Assembly: GCA_963666055.2 (NCBI GenBank)
Contig: CAXWPH010000015.1
Coordinates: 1,088,001-1,152,000, forward strand
Origin: Acidobacteriota bacterium
GTDB lineage: Bacteria; Acidobacteriota; UBA890; WLXD01
Direction of reading: 5' to 3'
DNA length: 64,000 nt
Shown: positions 20,342-29,725 of the stretch, one piece after another
Layout: each line of letters opens with the position of its first letter
Position numbering within the stretch: the stretch's first letter is position 1
Notes under the pieces: model-generated
What the model saw: the letters and a program-made list of their open reading frames with translations, nothing else
Databases searched by the model: none
What the model was told of the DNA's origin: nothing
Position numbers and translations under genes: made by a program

Positions 20342-22978
20342 ATGGAACCCGGCACCAAACTTGGCCCCTACAAGATCCTCGAACCGCTCGGTGCGGGCGG
20401 TATGGGGGAGGTGTACCGTGCCCGCGACACGACGTTGGATCGTGATGTTGCGATCAAGGTTCTTCCTGCGGCCCTTTCGACCGATCCGGAGCGCATAGCG
20501 CGCTTCAAGCGGGAAGCTCGCACCCTAGCTGCACTCGACCACCCAGGCATCGTGACCATCTACTCGGTCGAGGACAGCGACGAGCTGCCCTTCATCACGA
20601 TGCAACTGGTGCAGGGCAAGGCGCTCAACAAGCTGATCCCTGAAGGTGGTCTGGCGTCGGACAGGTTCTTCGAGCTCGCCGTTCCGTTGACCGAGGCCGT
20701 CGGCGCTGCGCATCAACACGGAGTGATTCACCGCGACATCAAGCCGGCCAACGTCATGGTGACGGACGACGGTCGGTTGAAGGTGCTGGATTTCGGCATC
20801 GCCAAGCTATTCGAGGGATCCTCGGACGACACGCAGGCAGTTACGGATCTGACACACGCAGGTCAGACCATCGGCACCGTCCCCTATATGTCGCCTGAGC
20901 AGCTGTTGGGCGAGCCCACTGATGCGCGCAGCGACGTGTTCTCGCTCGGGGTGACGCTGTACGAGATGGCCACGGGAACGAGGCCGTTCGACGGCAACAC
21001 GACGGCGGCGGTGTTCGATGCAATCCTCCACCATACGCCGATCTCTGCTGAGCAACTCAACGGGCGACTGTCGCCGCATCTCGGCCAAGTGATCGCACGA
21101 ATGCTCGAGAAGGACCCAGAGGCCCGTTTTCAATCCACTGAGGAGTTGCTGGAGGCTCTCGGGCAGCTGGGGCTCGACGCCAGCCCGGCGCGCAAGTGGG
21201 TCTTCCAAGCGGTAGTCGCAGCGGCGGCGCTGTTGGCCTTCGTTGCTGTCGGGGTTGGTCTCGTCTGGCTGGTTCGGGAATGGCGCGGTGCACCTTCGGA
21301 GCCCACGATACCCGGGCTGGTCAATCCGGTTCAGGTCACGAGCGCAACCGGCGTCGAGGACTATCCGGCTTGGTCGCCGGACGGACGGACGCTCGCATAC
21401 CAGTCCAACCAGGACGGTGATTGGGACATCTGGATCATCCAACCCGGAGGTGGCGGCGCGCTCAACCGCACCGCGGATCACGCCGGCGAAGATCGATATC
21501 CCAGCTATTCACCGGACGGGCAGTCGATCGCGTTCTGGTCCGAGAGAGACGGCGGCGGCTACTTCACCATGGGCGCCTTGGCAGGATTACCTCGCAAGCT
21601 CGTCGACACCGGGCGCCCAGCCGATGTCCGTCATATCCCCATGAGCCCGCCTCAGTGGTCGGGCGACGGGACGCAGTTGTTATACGTGGTGCGCTCCTGG
21701 GCGGACAGCCACGCCGAGATCATGAACCTCGCGTCAGGTTCGACGGTGCGCGTCGACCTTCTGGGCAAGGTCCCCGGCTACGATCCGGTTTGGTCGCCGG
21801 ACGGCTCACATGTTGCCTACGTCGCGGGGTGGCAGCGCGAGTACGAGACCTCGCAGATTCGCATCCTACGGCTCTCTGACCGCGAGAGCTGGGGAATCAC
21901 ATCCGATGCGCTACACCATCTGAGCCCGACGTGGGTGAGCGATAGCATCCTGTGCTACCTCGTCAACCGTGGCTCCAGCATGGATCTGTGGTGCCAGCGC
22001 CTGGACGCAACAGGGCGCCCCGATGGCGAACCCGTCCAGGTCACTGCCGGCGTTGGCATTCGGCAGGCGATGTTCTCGCCTGACAGATCGCGCCTGGCCT
22101 ACTCGAAAGGACGGTTCGTGGCCAACCTCTGGCGCCTGCCGATACTGTCGACCCGCATGGCGACCTGGGCCGATGCCGAGCAGCTCACATTCGATCAGGC
22201 TTGGGTCGAGTTCGTCGACGTATCGCCGGACGCGGCGCACTTGGCAGTCAGCACCGATCGCTCCGGGAACAAGGACATCTGGATGCTGCCAGCGACGGGT
22301 GGCGAGATGCGCCAGCTGACTACCGACATTCGACCCGACTGGTCTCCTCAGTTCTCCCCCGATGGTTTCGAGATTGCCTTCTACGCCTATCGCGATGGCG
22401 CCCGCTCTCTCCGAATCATGCCGACGGCCGGGGGTGCGGCGCTGCCGGTGCCGCTGGTGGGTGTCGGCGAGCAGTTTGTACCGGCCTGGTCGCCAGACGG
22501 GCGCCGTTTAGCTTTCCGCGCCGTAGGTCCCGACTTCAACAACGACATCTACCTGGCGCCACGCGAGGGTGGCACGCCGCTGCGCATGACCGTCCACGAG
22601 GCCGGTGACCATTCGGCCACGTGGTCGCCAGACGGCGACTGGATCGCCTTTGGTTCAAACCGAGGTGATGGGGTGAGAATCTGGCGCGTACCTGTCCAGG
22701 GAGGCCCTCCTGAGGCCTTCAGCGCGCCTGGCCTCGGTTACCACGATTGGTCGCCGGACGGTGCCTACATCTATGCTCTCGGCGTCGATCACTGGGCCGG
22801 TAACGTCTGGGAGATCGATGTGCTTGACGGTGCCGCGCGCCAAGTAACCGACTTGTCTGGTCGGCGCGGCGCACCGGGCAGCGAGGCGCTCGCCACCGAC
22901 GGCAACTACCTCTACTTCACCTGGGAGGAGGCCCTTGGTGACATCTGGATCATGGATGTGGCTCAGGGCGAGGACTAG
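20342..22978 (+). CDS. Hanks-type Ser/Thr protein kinase with TM helix and PD40 beta-propeller
   Basis: LGAGGMGEVY, VAIK, HRDIKPAN, DFG, YMSPE; TM helix; many WSPDG repeats. Confidence 0.95.
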   Translation: MEPGTKLGPYKILEPLGAGGMGEVYRARDTTLDRDVAIKVLPAALSTDPERIARFKREARTLAALDHPGIVTIYSVEDSDELPFITMQLVQGKALNKLIPEGGLASDRFFELAVPLTEAVGAAHQHGVIHRDIKPANVMVTDDGRLKVLDFGIAKLFEGSSDDTQAVTDLTHAGQTIGTVPYMSPEQLLGEPTDARSDVFSLGVTLYEMATGTRPFDGNTTAAVFDAILHHTPISAEQLNGRLSPHLGQVIARMLEKDPEARFQSTEELLEALGQLGLDASPARKWVFQAVVAAAALLAFVAVGVGLVWLVREWRGAPSEPTIPGLVNPVQVTSATGVEDYPAWSPDGRTLAYQSNQDGDWDIWIIQPGGGGALNRTADHAGEDRYPSYSPDGQSIAFWSERDGGGYFTMGALAGLPRKLVDTGRPADVRHIPMSPPQWSGDGTQLLYVVRSWADSHAEIMNLASGSTVRVDLLGKVPGYDPVWSPDGSHVAYVAGWQREYETSQIRILRLSDRESWGITSDALHHLSPTWVSDSILCYLVNRGSSMDLWCQRLDATGRPDGEPVQVTAGVGIRQAMFSPDRSRLAYSKGRFVANLWRLPILSTRMATWADAEQLTFDQAWVEFVDVSPDAAHLAVSTDRSGNKDIWMLPATGGEMRQLTTDIRPDWSPQFSPDGFEIAFYAYRDGARSLRIMPTAGGAALPVPLVGVGEQFVPAWSPDGRRLAFRAVGPDFNNDIYLAPREGGTPLRMTVHEAGDHSATWSPDGDWIAFGSNRGDGVRIWRVPVQGGPPEAFSAPGLGYHDWSPDGAYIYALGVDHWAGNVWEIDVLDGAARQVTDLSGRRGAPGSEALATDGNYLYFTWEEALGDIWIMDVAQGED

Positions 22979-23253
22979 CAGGGTGCTGAAGAACTCTGGT
23001 GGGTCTGGTTACGGCGTCGTGGGGCCAGATGCAAGCCGGCGCGACGCAGGCGATGCTTGTCGTATCGTCCAGGAGGGCCAACGCTGCAGATGGCTCCACG
23101 ACGCCGTAACCCGATGGGCACGTGGGGGTTGCTGGCGATCTCAGCGTCAGAGCTCCTCGACGATGACCCTGGCATCGCCCTCGTCGCTCTTCCTTGATCT
23201 CGCCAGCAAGACCCACCTGCCAGACTCATCAGAGTTTTTCAGCACCCTGCTAA
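22975..23253. mobile_element. 279-bp MITE/REPIN-like structured element, copy 2
   Basis: 34-bp imperfect TIRs 22975-23008/23220-23253; two internal hairpin arms; terminal CTAG contains the kinase TAG stop. Confidence 0.85.
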
Positions 23254-23418
23254 GCACCCGCATGGCACCTCCTCGCCGTCACCGGACCAGCAGCGGAGCA
23301 CCTCCCGCTTGAACGTCTCCACATCGACATTCATCGGCAACACGGACCGACAAGGACCCCTGGGCGTTCGGCCGGCACGAGAATATACTCCTACTCCCTC
23401 CTGAGAGGAGTAACAGAG

Positions 23419-24150
23419 GTGGCGAAAACCGAAGAGGAGGCAGTTGGCCGGCGGAAGTTTCTGAAGGGCGCGGCTGCAGCCACCGCTTCGATTGTCGGAC
23501 AAGGACGGGTCGTGGGCGCACAGCAACCCCCTGCAGACGATCATGAGCACCAGACCGTGCCTTCGGATATCGCGCTGCGGGTCAGGGCGCTGGAATCGGT
23601 GCTGGTCGAGAAGGAGATGGTCGACCCCGCGGAGCTCGATGCGCTGATCGATGTCTACGAAAACAAGATCGGTCCCCGCAACGGCGCTCGGGTCGTGGCG
23701 CGTGCCTGGGTCGATCCCGCTTACAAGGCGCGCTTGTTAGCCGACGCCACCGAGGCGATCGCAGAGTTGGGGTATGGCGGTGATGAAGGCGACCACATGG
23801 TGGTGGTCGAGAACGAGCCGAAGGTCCACAACTTGGTGGTGTGCACGCTCTGTTCCTGCTATCCGTGGCCAACGCTTGGCCTCCCACCGGTGTGGTACAA
23901 GTCCGCGGGGTACCGCGCGCAAGCGGTGATCGATCCGCGCGGGGTTCTTCGCGAGTTCGATCTCGAGCTCGCCGCCGACGTCGACGTGCGCGTGTGGGAT
24001 AGCACGGCCGACATTCGCTACCTCGTGTTGCCGGAGCGGCCGGCCGGCACGGCGAACATGACCGAGGAGCAACTCGCTGAGATCGTCACGCGCGACTCGA
24101 TGATCGGCGTCGCAAAGGTCGCGTCGGCGCAAGCGGGAGGCGGCGCGTGA
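23419..24150 (+). CDS. nthA: Cobalt-type nitrile hydratase alpha subunit with Tat-like N-terminal leader
   Basis: VCTLCSCY metal motif (Thr/Tyr pattern = Co-type); GARVVARAW; [10 protein letters not shown]; GAGGAG RBS before GTG; leader [12 protein letters not shown]. Confidence 0.95.
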   Translation: MAKTEEEAVGRRKFLKGAAAATASIVGQGRVVGAQQPPADDHEHQTVPSDIALRVRALESVLVEKEMVDPAELDALIDVYENKIGPRNGARVVARAWVDPAYKARLLADATEAIAELGYGGDEGDHMVVVENEPKVHNLVVCTLCSCYPWPTLGLPPVWYKSAGYRAQAVIDPRGVLREFDLELAADVDVRVWDSTADIRYLVLPERPAGTANMTEEQLAEIVTRDSMIGVAKVASAQAGGGA

Positions 24151-24782
24151 ACAGCATCCACGACATGGGTGGGATGGCCGGCATGGGGCCCATCGAGCCG
24201 GAGCCTGACGAGCCCGTGTTTCACCAGGCCTGGGAACGCCGGGTTTTCGCGCTCTCCATGACAATCTCCCTCGGGAGGAGCTTCAGGTTCGAGCTCGAAA
24301 ATATCCCGGCGGCCGACTATTTGCGCATGTCGTATTACGAGCGCTGGTTCACGATACTTGTCAACGGGGTGCTCAGGAACAACCTCGCTACACCCGCCGA
24401 GCTCGAGAGCGGTGAGGCCGACCCGAACCTGCCGCGGCCGGCACCACCGCTGGCGTCGACAGGTGCGTCGCCTGAGTCCGAGCGGCCGGGTGTTCCGGTG
24501 AGCCCGCTGTTCCGTCCGCAGCAGCGCGTGCGCGCCCGCAACATACACGCGCGCGGTCATATACGGCTACCGCGCTACACACGCGGCAAGCGCGGAACCG
24601 TGATCCGGGACCATGGCATCTTCGCCCTGCAGGACACCGCCGAGGATGGACAGAGGCTCGGTGACCGCCCGCAGCACGTGTACACGGTGCAGTTCTCAGC
24701 CCGCGAGCTCTGGGGCGACCGGGGCGTGGCGCGCGACACCGTGTATGTCGACTTGTGGGAGGACTACCTTGAGCCGGCCTGA
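24147..24782 (+). CDS. nthB: Nitrile hydratase beta subunit
   Basis: [32 protein letters not shown]...DLWEDYL; overlaps nthA stop. Confidence 0.95.
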   Translation: MNSIHDMGGMAGMGPIEPEPDEPVFHQAWERRVFALSMTISLGRSFRFELENIPAADYLRMSYYERWFTILVNGVLRNNLATPAELESGEADPNLPRPAPPLASTGASPESERPGVPVSPLFRPQQRVRARNIHARGHIRLPRYTRGKRGTVIRDHGIFALQDTAEDGQRLGDRPQHVYTVQFSARELWGDRGVARDTVYVDLWEDYLEPA

Positions 24783-25149
24783 TCGACTGCTCGACCCCGA
24801 GCGCCTCCAGGCCTTGCCGCCGCTTCCTCGAGACGAGGAAGGACCGGTGTTTGCCGAGCCATGGCAGGCCCAGGCGTTCGCCCTCGCTGTGAAGCTCTCT
24901 GAGCAGGGATATTTCACCTGGAAAGAATGGTCGCAGGCACTCGGCGACGAACTAAGGGCGGCCGCGGCCCGCGGCGAGCCAGACGACGGCTCGCGCTACT
25001 ACCACCACTGGGTGGCCGCCCTCGAGCGGCTTGTCACAGAAAAGGGCTTGACGGATTCACCGACGCTCCTGGAGCGGAAGGAGGCCTGGACTGACGCCTA
25101 CCGCCACACGCCTCACGGAGAGCCGGTGGCGCTCCGTCAGTCGGATTGA
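24769..25149 (+). CDS. Nitrile hydratase accessory/activator protein (P14K-like)
   Basis: TTG start after GGAGGA; PVFAEPWQAQAFALAV, FTWKEW, YYHHWVAALE, TPHGEPV. Confidence 0.9.
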   Translation: MSRPDRLLDPERLQALPPLPRDEEGPVFAEPWQAQAFALAVKLSEQGYFTWKEWSQALGDELRAAAARGEPDDGSRYYHHWVAALERLVTEKGLTDSPTLLERKEAWTDAYRHTPHGEPVALRQSD

Positions 25150-25245
25150 AGCACCTCATGCGCCTTCCGGCGCGAGGGGACTCGTCTTGTGCGTGAGCGA
25201 TCGGTCCAGCGTCTAGCAGACGAGGTCGAGAGGGGAGGACAAAGC

Positions 25246-25899
25246 ATGGGTTTTCGCCAACGTACTTGGTTTGGGCGAACCGCTGTGGCGCGCAAAGTCT
25301 TCGCCACGCTCACGGTCGTGCTCTTGTGTCACCCACACGAAGCCATGGCGCATCACATGATCGGTGGTGCGGTGCCCCGTAGCGTTCTCGGAGGATTCTT
25401 CTCCGGTCTTGCCCATCCGGTCATCGGCCCTGACCATCTCGCGTTCATCCTCGCGGTCGGGATCATCGCGGCGGCTTTCGCGGAAGGAGGCGTCTTTCCG
25501 GTCGTTTTCTTGAGCACCTCCCTGGCAGGCTGTGTGCTTCGCCTGACGGGAGTCAGCGTCGTGGGCGGCGAGGTCGCGGTCGCAGTTACGGTGGTGGCCG
25601 CAGGCGTGTTCCTGGCCGTGGACAGGAAGATTCGCCGGTCGCGGCTCCTGGTCGGCTTGGCGCTCGCCGGAGCCTTTCATGGCTACGCCTATGGCGAATC
25701 GATGGTGGGAGCGGAGCCTACGCCCATCGTCGGCTATTTGCTCGGACTCGCGGTGATCCAGTATGCCGTGGCGATGGGGGCATTCGCAGTTGCACGGCGA
25801 TTCGACGATCGAGCTTTGGCGGGGCGAGACGTGACGATGCGGGCGGCGGGGATCACGGTAGGAATGATCGGAGTGGTCGCATTCGCCCTGGCTCTCTAG
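25246..25899 (+). CDS. HupE/UreJ family Ni/Co permease
   Basis: AHH...GLAHPVIGPDHL and FHGYAYG motifs; multiple TM helices; follows the NHase genes. Confidence 0.9.
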   Translation: MGFRQRTWFGRTAVARKVFATLTVVLLCHPHEAMAHHMIGGAVPRSVLGGFFSGLAHPVIGPDHLAFILAVGIIAAAFAEGGVFPVVFLSTSLAGCVLRLTGVSVVGGEVAVAVTVVAAGVFLAVDRKIRRSRLLVGLALAGAFHGYAYGESMVGAEPTPIVGYLLGLAVIQYAVAMGAFAVARRFDDRALAGRDVTMRAAGITVGMIGVVAFALAL

Positions 25900-25974
25900 T
25901 TTCAGGTAACCCAACCCTCTGGTAGGGGATGACGTTGGACCGCCAAATTCTTCTGCCCGATATCTGAGGAGGCT

Positions 25975-27423
25975 GTGATGTGCGTTCGCGCACCGCTGTT
26001 GTTGACGTTGTCGTTGATGGTGCTGCTGATCGTGTTACCGGCGCTGTCTACGGCGGGTGATGCGCGAGAGTCGGAGGTCTCTTCCGAGCAGCGCAATGAA
26101 GAAAAGCCGAACATAGTGCTTGTCGTGATGGACAACTTTGGCTACGGCGAACCAGGGGTCTATGGCGGTGGAGAAATACGCGGGGCGCCGACGCCCAATA
26201 TCGACAGCATCGCCCATGAGGGCTTTCAGCTGACCAACTACAACGTCGACTCCGAGTGCACGCCTACACGCGCAGCGCTGATGACCGGACGGTACTCCAT
26301 GCGCACGCGGCTGCGGCAGGACGGCACGGTGCGATCCGAGTGGTACGGGCTTACCGAGTGGGAGTACACGCTGCCGGAGATGCTGTCGGACGCCGGCTAT
26401 GCTACCGGCATGTTCGGCAAGTGGCATCTGGGCGAGGTCGACGGTCGTTTCCCCACCGATCAGGGGTTCGATGAGTGGTGGGGCATCCCGCGTTCCTCCA
26501 ACGAGGCGTACTGGCCCGACAGCAACTCGGTTCCGGCCGACTTGGATCTGAACTACCAACACGTCATGACCGCGACTCGAGGCGAGCGGCCCACCGTGCT
26601 GGAGGTCTATGACCGCGCCAGGCGAGCGACGATCGACCGCGAGAGCACCGACCGCGCGCTGGAGTTCATCCGCCGCAAGGCGGGAGAAGGACAGCCCTTC
26701 TTCGCCTACTTGCCCTATACGCAAACGCATACACCCCACGACCCCCATCCCGCCACCAAGGGAAGAACGGGCAACGGAAACTTCGCCGACATCCTGGCTC
26801 AGACCGACGAGTACGTGGGCGATCTGCTCGACACGATCGATGAGCTGGGCCTGAAAGACGACACCATCTTCATCTTCACCTCCGACAACGGGGGCTACGG
26901 CGGCATCGAGCGCGAGGGCTTCAACGGACCCTGGCGAGGCGGCATCTACACGAGCTACGAGGGCGCCTATCGGGTGCCGTTCCTGATCCGCTGGCCCGGC
27001 AAGATCCCCGCGATGCGAAAGTCCAACGAGATCGTCCACGCAATGGACGTCTACGCCACGCTGGCCGCGTTCGTGGGCGCCGAAATGCCCACCGACCGGG
27101 TGATGGACAGCGCCGATTACTCCGACTTCCTGATGGGCAAGACCGACAAGCCCGCCCGCGAGTCGCTCGTCCTGTATGTGGGCAACGAGGTCTACGGCGC
27201 TAAGTGGCGTAACTGGAAGATGCTGTACAAGGAAATCGAGCGCATCGGGCAGCCGATCACCATCCGAACTCGACCCGCCTACTACAACTTGCTGAAGGAC
27301 CCGAAGGAGCAAGAGCCTCTTCGCCACCAGTTCCAGGACAGCTGGGCGGCAACGCCCCTGAACCGGGCGGTGCGGGAGCACCGCGCATCGCTGGCCGCGG
27401 ACCCGGGAACGCCTGATCCCTAG
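25975..27423 (+). CDS. Exported arylsulfatase
   Basis: Signal peptide; KPNIVLVVMD; CTPTRAALMTG (CxPxR); GKWHLG; TSDNG. Confidence 0.92.
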   Translation: MMCVRAPLLLTLSLMVLLIVLPALSTAGDARESEVSSEQRNEEKPNIVLVVMDNFGYGEPGVYGGGEIRGAPTPNIDSIAHEGFQLTNYNVDSECTPTRAALMTGRYSMRTRLRQDGTVRSEWYGLTEWEYTLPEMLSDAGYATGMFGKWHLGEVDGRFPTDQGFDEWWGIPRSSNEAYWPDSNSVPADLDLNYQHVMTATRGERPTVLEVYDRARRATIDRESTDRALEFIRRKAGEGQPFFAYLPYTQTHTPHDPHPATKGRTGNGNFADILAQTDEYVGDLLDTIDELGLKDDTIFIFTSDNGGYGGIEREGFNGPWRGGIYTSYEGAYRVPFLIRWPGKIPAMRKSNEIVHAMDVYATLAAFVGAEMPTDRVMDSADYSDFLMGKTDKPARESLVLYVGNEVYGAKWRNWKMLYKEIERIGQPITIRTRPAYYNLLKDPKEQEPLRHQFQDSWAATPLNRAVREHRASLAADPGTPDP

Positions 27424-27461
27424 TCGCCGGCCTATTGCGACCGCGATTTGGAGGCCGCACC

Positions 27462-28327
27462 GTGAAGTATCTCGTGTTCACCCTGTTGCTGGCGCTTGCC
27501 GCGGCAATCCCGGCGGCGCAGGTGCCCGAGTACTCCATCGAGGCGATACGGTTCGCGAATTCCCCCGGCGACTCCGTCGCGGACATGGTGATGGGCGCGC
27601 CCAAGGACGAAAGAATCGACACTATCTACGCGTTTTGGCTGATCCGCGGGGGCGGCCGGAACATTCTCTTCGACAGCGGGTTTCACCGCGATCGCTGGTT
27701 CAAGCTATGGACCGTCAAAGACTACCTACGGCCGGATGAAGCGCTGCGCCTTGCCGGAGTGAAGCCGGAAGAGGTCACCGACGTGGTGATCAGCCACGCG
27801 CATTGGGACCATATGGGAGGGATCGACCTTTTTCCGAAGGCCACCGTCTGGATTCAGAGGGAAGAGTTCCGCTACTACACGGGAGAGGCTTGGCAGCCCG
27901 GCGGGAATCACGGCGGGATCGATCCTGACGACGTAAGGGAGCTCGTCCGGATCAACACCGAAGGCCGTCTACGGCTGGTGGACGGCGATGATCAGGAGAT
28001 CATTCCCGGCATCCGGGCATTTACCGGCGCGCGCCACACATACGCTTCGCAGTATCTGCGCGTAGGCGGCAATGCCCCCTTCGTTCTCGCCTCGGACAAC
28101 GTCTATCTGTACCGCAACCTGACGGTCTGTACCGCAACCTGACGGTCTACGCCGCCAGCGCAACCTTCAGCGACGCCGATCATGCCGTAAACGTGGCGGC
28201 TCAGCGGCGTATGATCGAGCTGGCAGGTTCACTCGATCGTGTCGTACCCGGCCACGACGCCCTGCAATTCGAACGCTTCCCGACGGAGGGGCGAATCGCG
28301 CTCATTCGCCCACTCTTGCGGAGATGA
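27462..28327 (+). pseudogene. Exported N-acyl-homoserine-lactonase-like metallo-beta-lactamase, frameshifted by a 20-bp duplication
   Basis: SHAHWDHMGG motif. TCTGTACCGCAACCTGACGG occurs twice (28106-28145); removing one copy restores the frame through VVPGHD to TGA 28327. Confidence 0.85.
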
Positions 28328-28413
28328 TCTGTGACGCCGGTCACCGTACGCCTGGGTACGTCGGAATACGCCCGCGTGAGTTCAGTAGGAAAGGCCTGCG
28401 AGGGATTCGAGCC

Positions 28414-29436
28414 CTACTCCTCAGCATGCACGATCGTGTCAGGCCGGTACTTCTCCCACGCGAACCAGAGGGAGTAGGTCGAGATTATCGGCTGCAGATG
28501 CGCTCCCTGAAGCGCTCCGGAAACCGCCTCGCCGGTGATCGGATTCCACTTTGAGCCGGTTTGGTGATCCCGAAGCCGATCGTCGGAGTCGAGGCTGAAG
28601 CTCAACTCCTGGTCGTTAAGGGTTCGCAGGTAGATACGCGCCGTAGATAGGTCCGGCGCCAAGTACACGACGATCGGCGCGTTCTCGAAGACGTCCTCGA
28701 GCAAGCGCTTGCTAGCCAGCCGCCGCACCAGATAAGCGCGCGCTTCGACGTGACCCTCGAGGCCGACGATCAGGTCCTCCGAACGGATCGGCCCCGGCGG
28801 TTGGTTGGCGATCTCGTCGAAGGTCTCCCGGGTGAACCGCGCTCGATAAGGGACCGCAGGCTTCACATAGACCGTGGTCTCGGGATGCATCTCCCGCCAT
28901 TGACGCCAGGTCGTCATCATCGACGCACGCTTTTCGAGCGCTGTTCCTTCCAGCTCGCCGCTGACCGCCTTGCCAAACAGCTGGCTCCAGTGTGAGCGGG
29001 TCTGTGCGTCGTACATGATGAGCGTGCCCTCGTCGACGCCGACGACGCCGAATTGCAGCTCCCGGCCATCAAACTCGCGGGCGTACACGACGCCGCTGTG
29101 ATCGATCGGTCACCAGCTCGGCGCGATGAGCTCTCCACCGAGCTCGTCGTTGACGACCTCGTTGTTCGGCCCGTTCATGTAGTTGACTGGGTAGGCGCGT
29201 GCCTGGCCGTTGATCACCACACCCATGACGATGTCGTCGTCACCAATTTCGGCCTCGGACGCGGCGACGATCTCCGGATCGACGTTCAGCGGAAAGCCCT
29301 CCTCGCTGAGCATGGTGAAGTCGGACCGGTCGCGATTCGTCGGGCCGCGGCCCTGGGGCGCCTCGCCAAACGCCTGGAGCGGCAGCAGCGTCGCGCTGAC
29401 AACCACGAGCGCCAGTAACTTACTCAGTCCGTGCAC
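28414..29436 (-). CDS. DUF3179-like exported protein, probable selenoprotein (UGA at 29112-29110)
   Basis: ORFs 29110-29436 and 28414-29088 are in one frame separated by a single TGA (APSW-U-PIDHSGVVY) at the family's Cys position; hairpin follows. Confidence 0.8.
29077..29096 (-). promoter_or_regulatory. Putative bacterial SECIS hairpin
   Basis: GC-GGCGU-[CGUGU]-ACGCC-C-GC begins 13 nt after the UGA; GU in the apical loop. Confidence 0.55.
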
Positions 29437-29519
29437 GCTGCTCTCCTCTCGGTGAAGCTTCGTTGAAACCGTCGAACTTCACCGTACCATCAGCGGCGGA
29501 CGCCCCGGGTGTGTCGGCG

Positions 29520-29615
29520 CCGGTTCATTGTTGGGCAGGGTGCACAGATGCCCGTCGGTGCTGCCGATAAACAGCGCACCGCCACGGAGCGCTGGCGAAG
29601 ATCGAACGTAGCGCC
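29520..29615 (-). pseudogene. Relic of a PQQ/BamB-like beta-propeller repeat
   Basis: Reads VRSSPALRGGALFIGSTDGHLCTL. Confidence 0.45.
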
Positions 29616-29663
29616 GCCAACAAAGGGTCCCGACGCCAACGAGCGCCAGAGCGCGTCCGTCCG

Positions 29664-29692
29664 TTGGATCTCATACGCTTCGGCGATAGGCT
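29664..29692 (+). promoter_or_regulatory. Sigma70-like promoter of kinase module, copy 3
   Basis: TTGGAT-17-TAGGCT, ending 33 nt before ATG 29726. Confidence 0.6.
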
Positions 29693-29725
29693 TCAGGCGC
29701 TCAACCACCTTCCTCTGCTAGCGCC

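Noticed and set aside
28140-28142. TGA ending the lactonase ORF as selenocysteine
   Set aside because: It arises from the 20-bp duplication, and the homologous continuation is in a different frame
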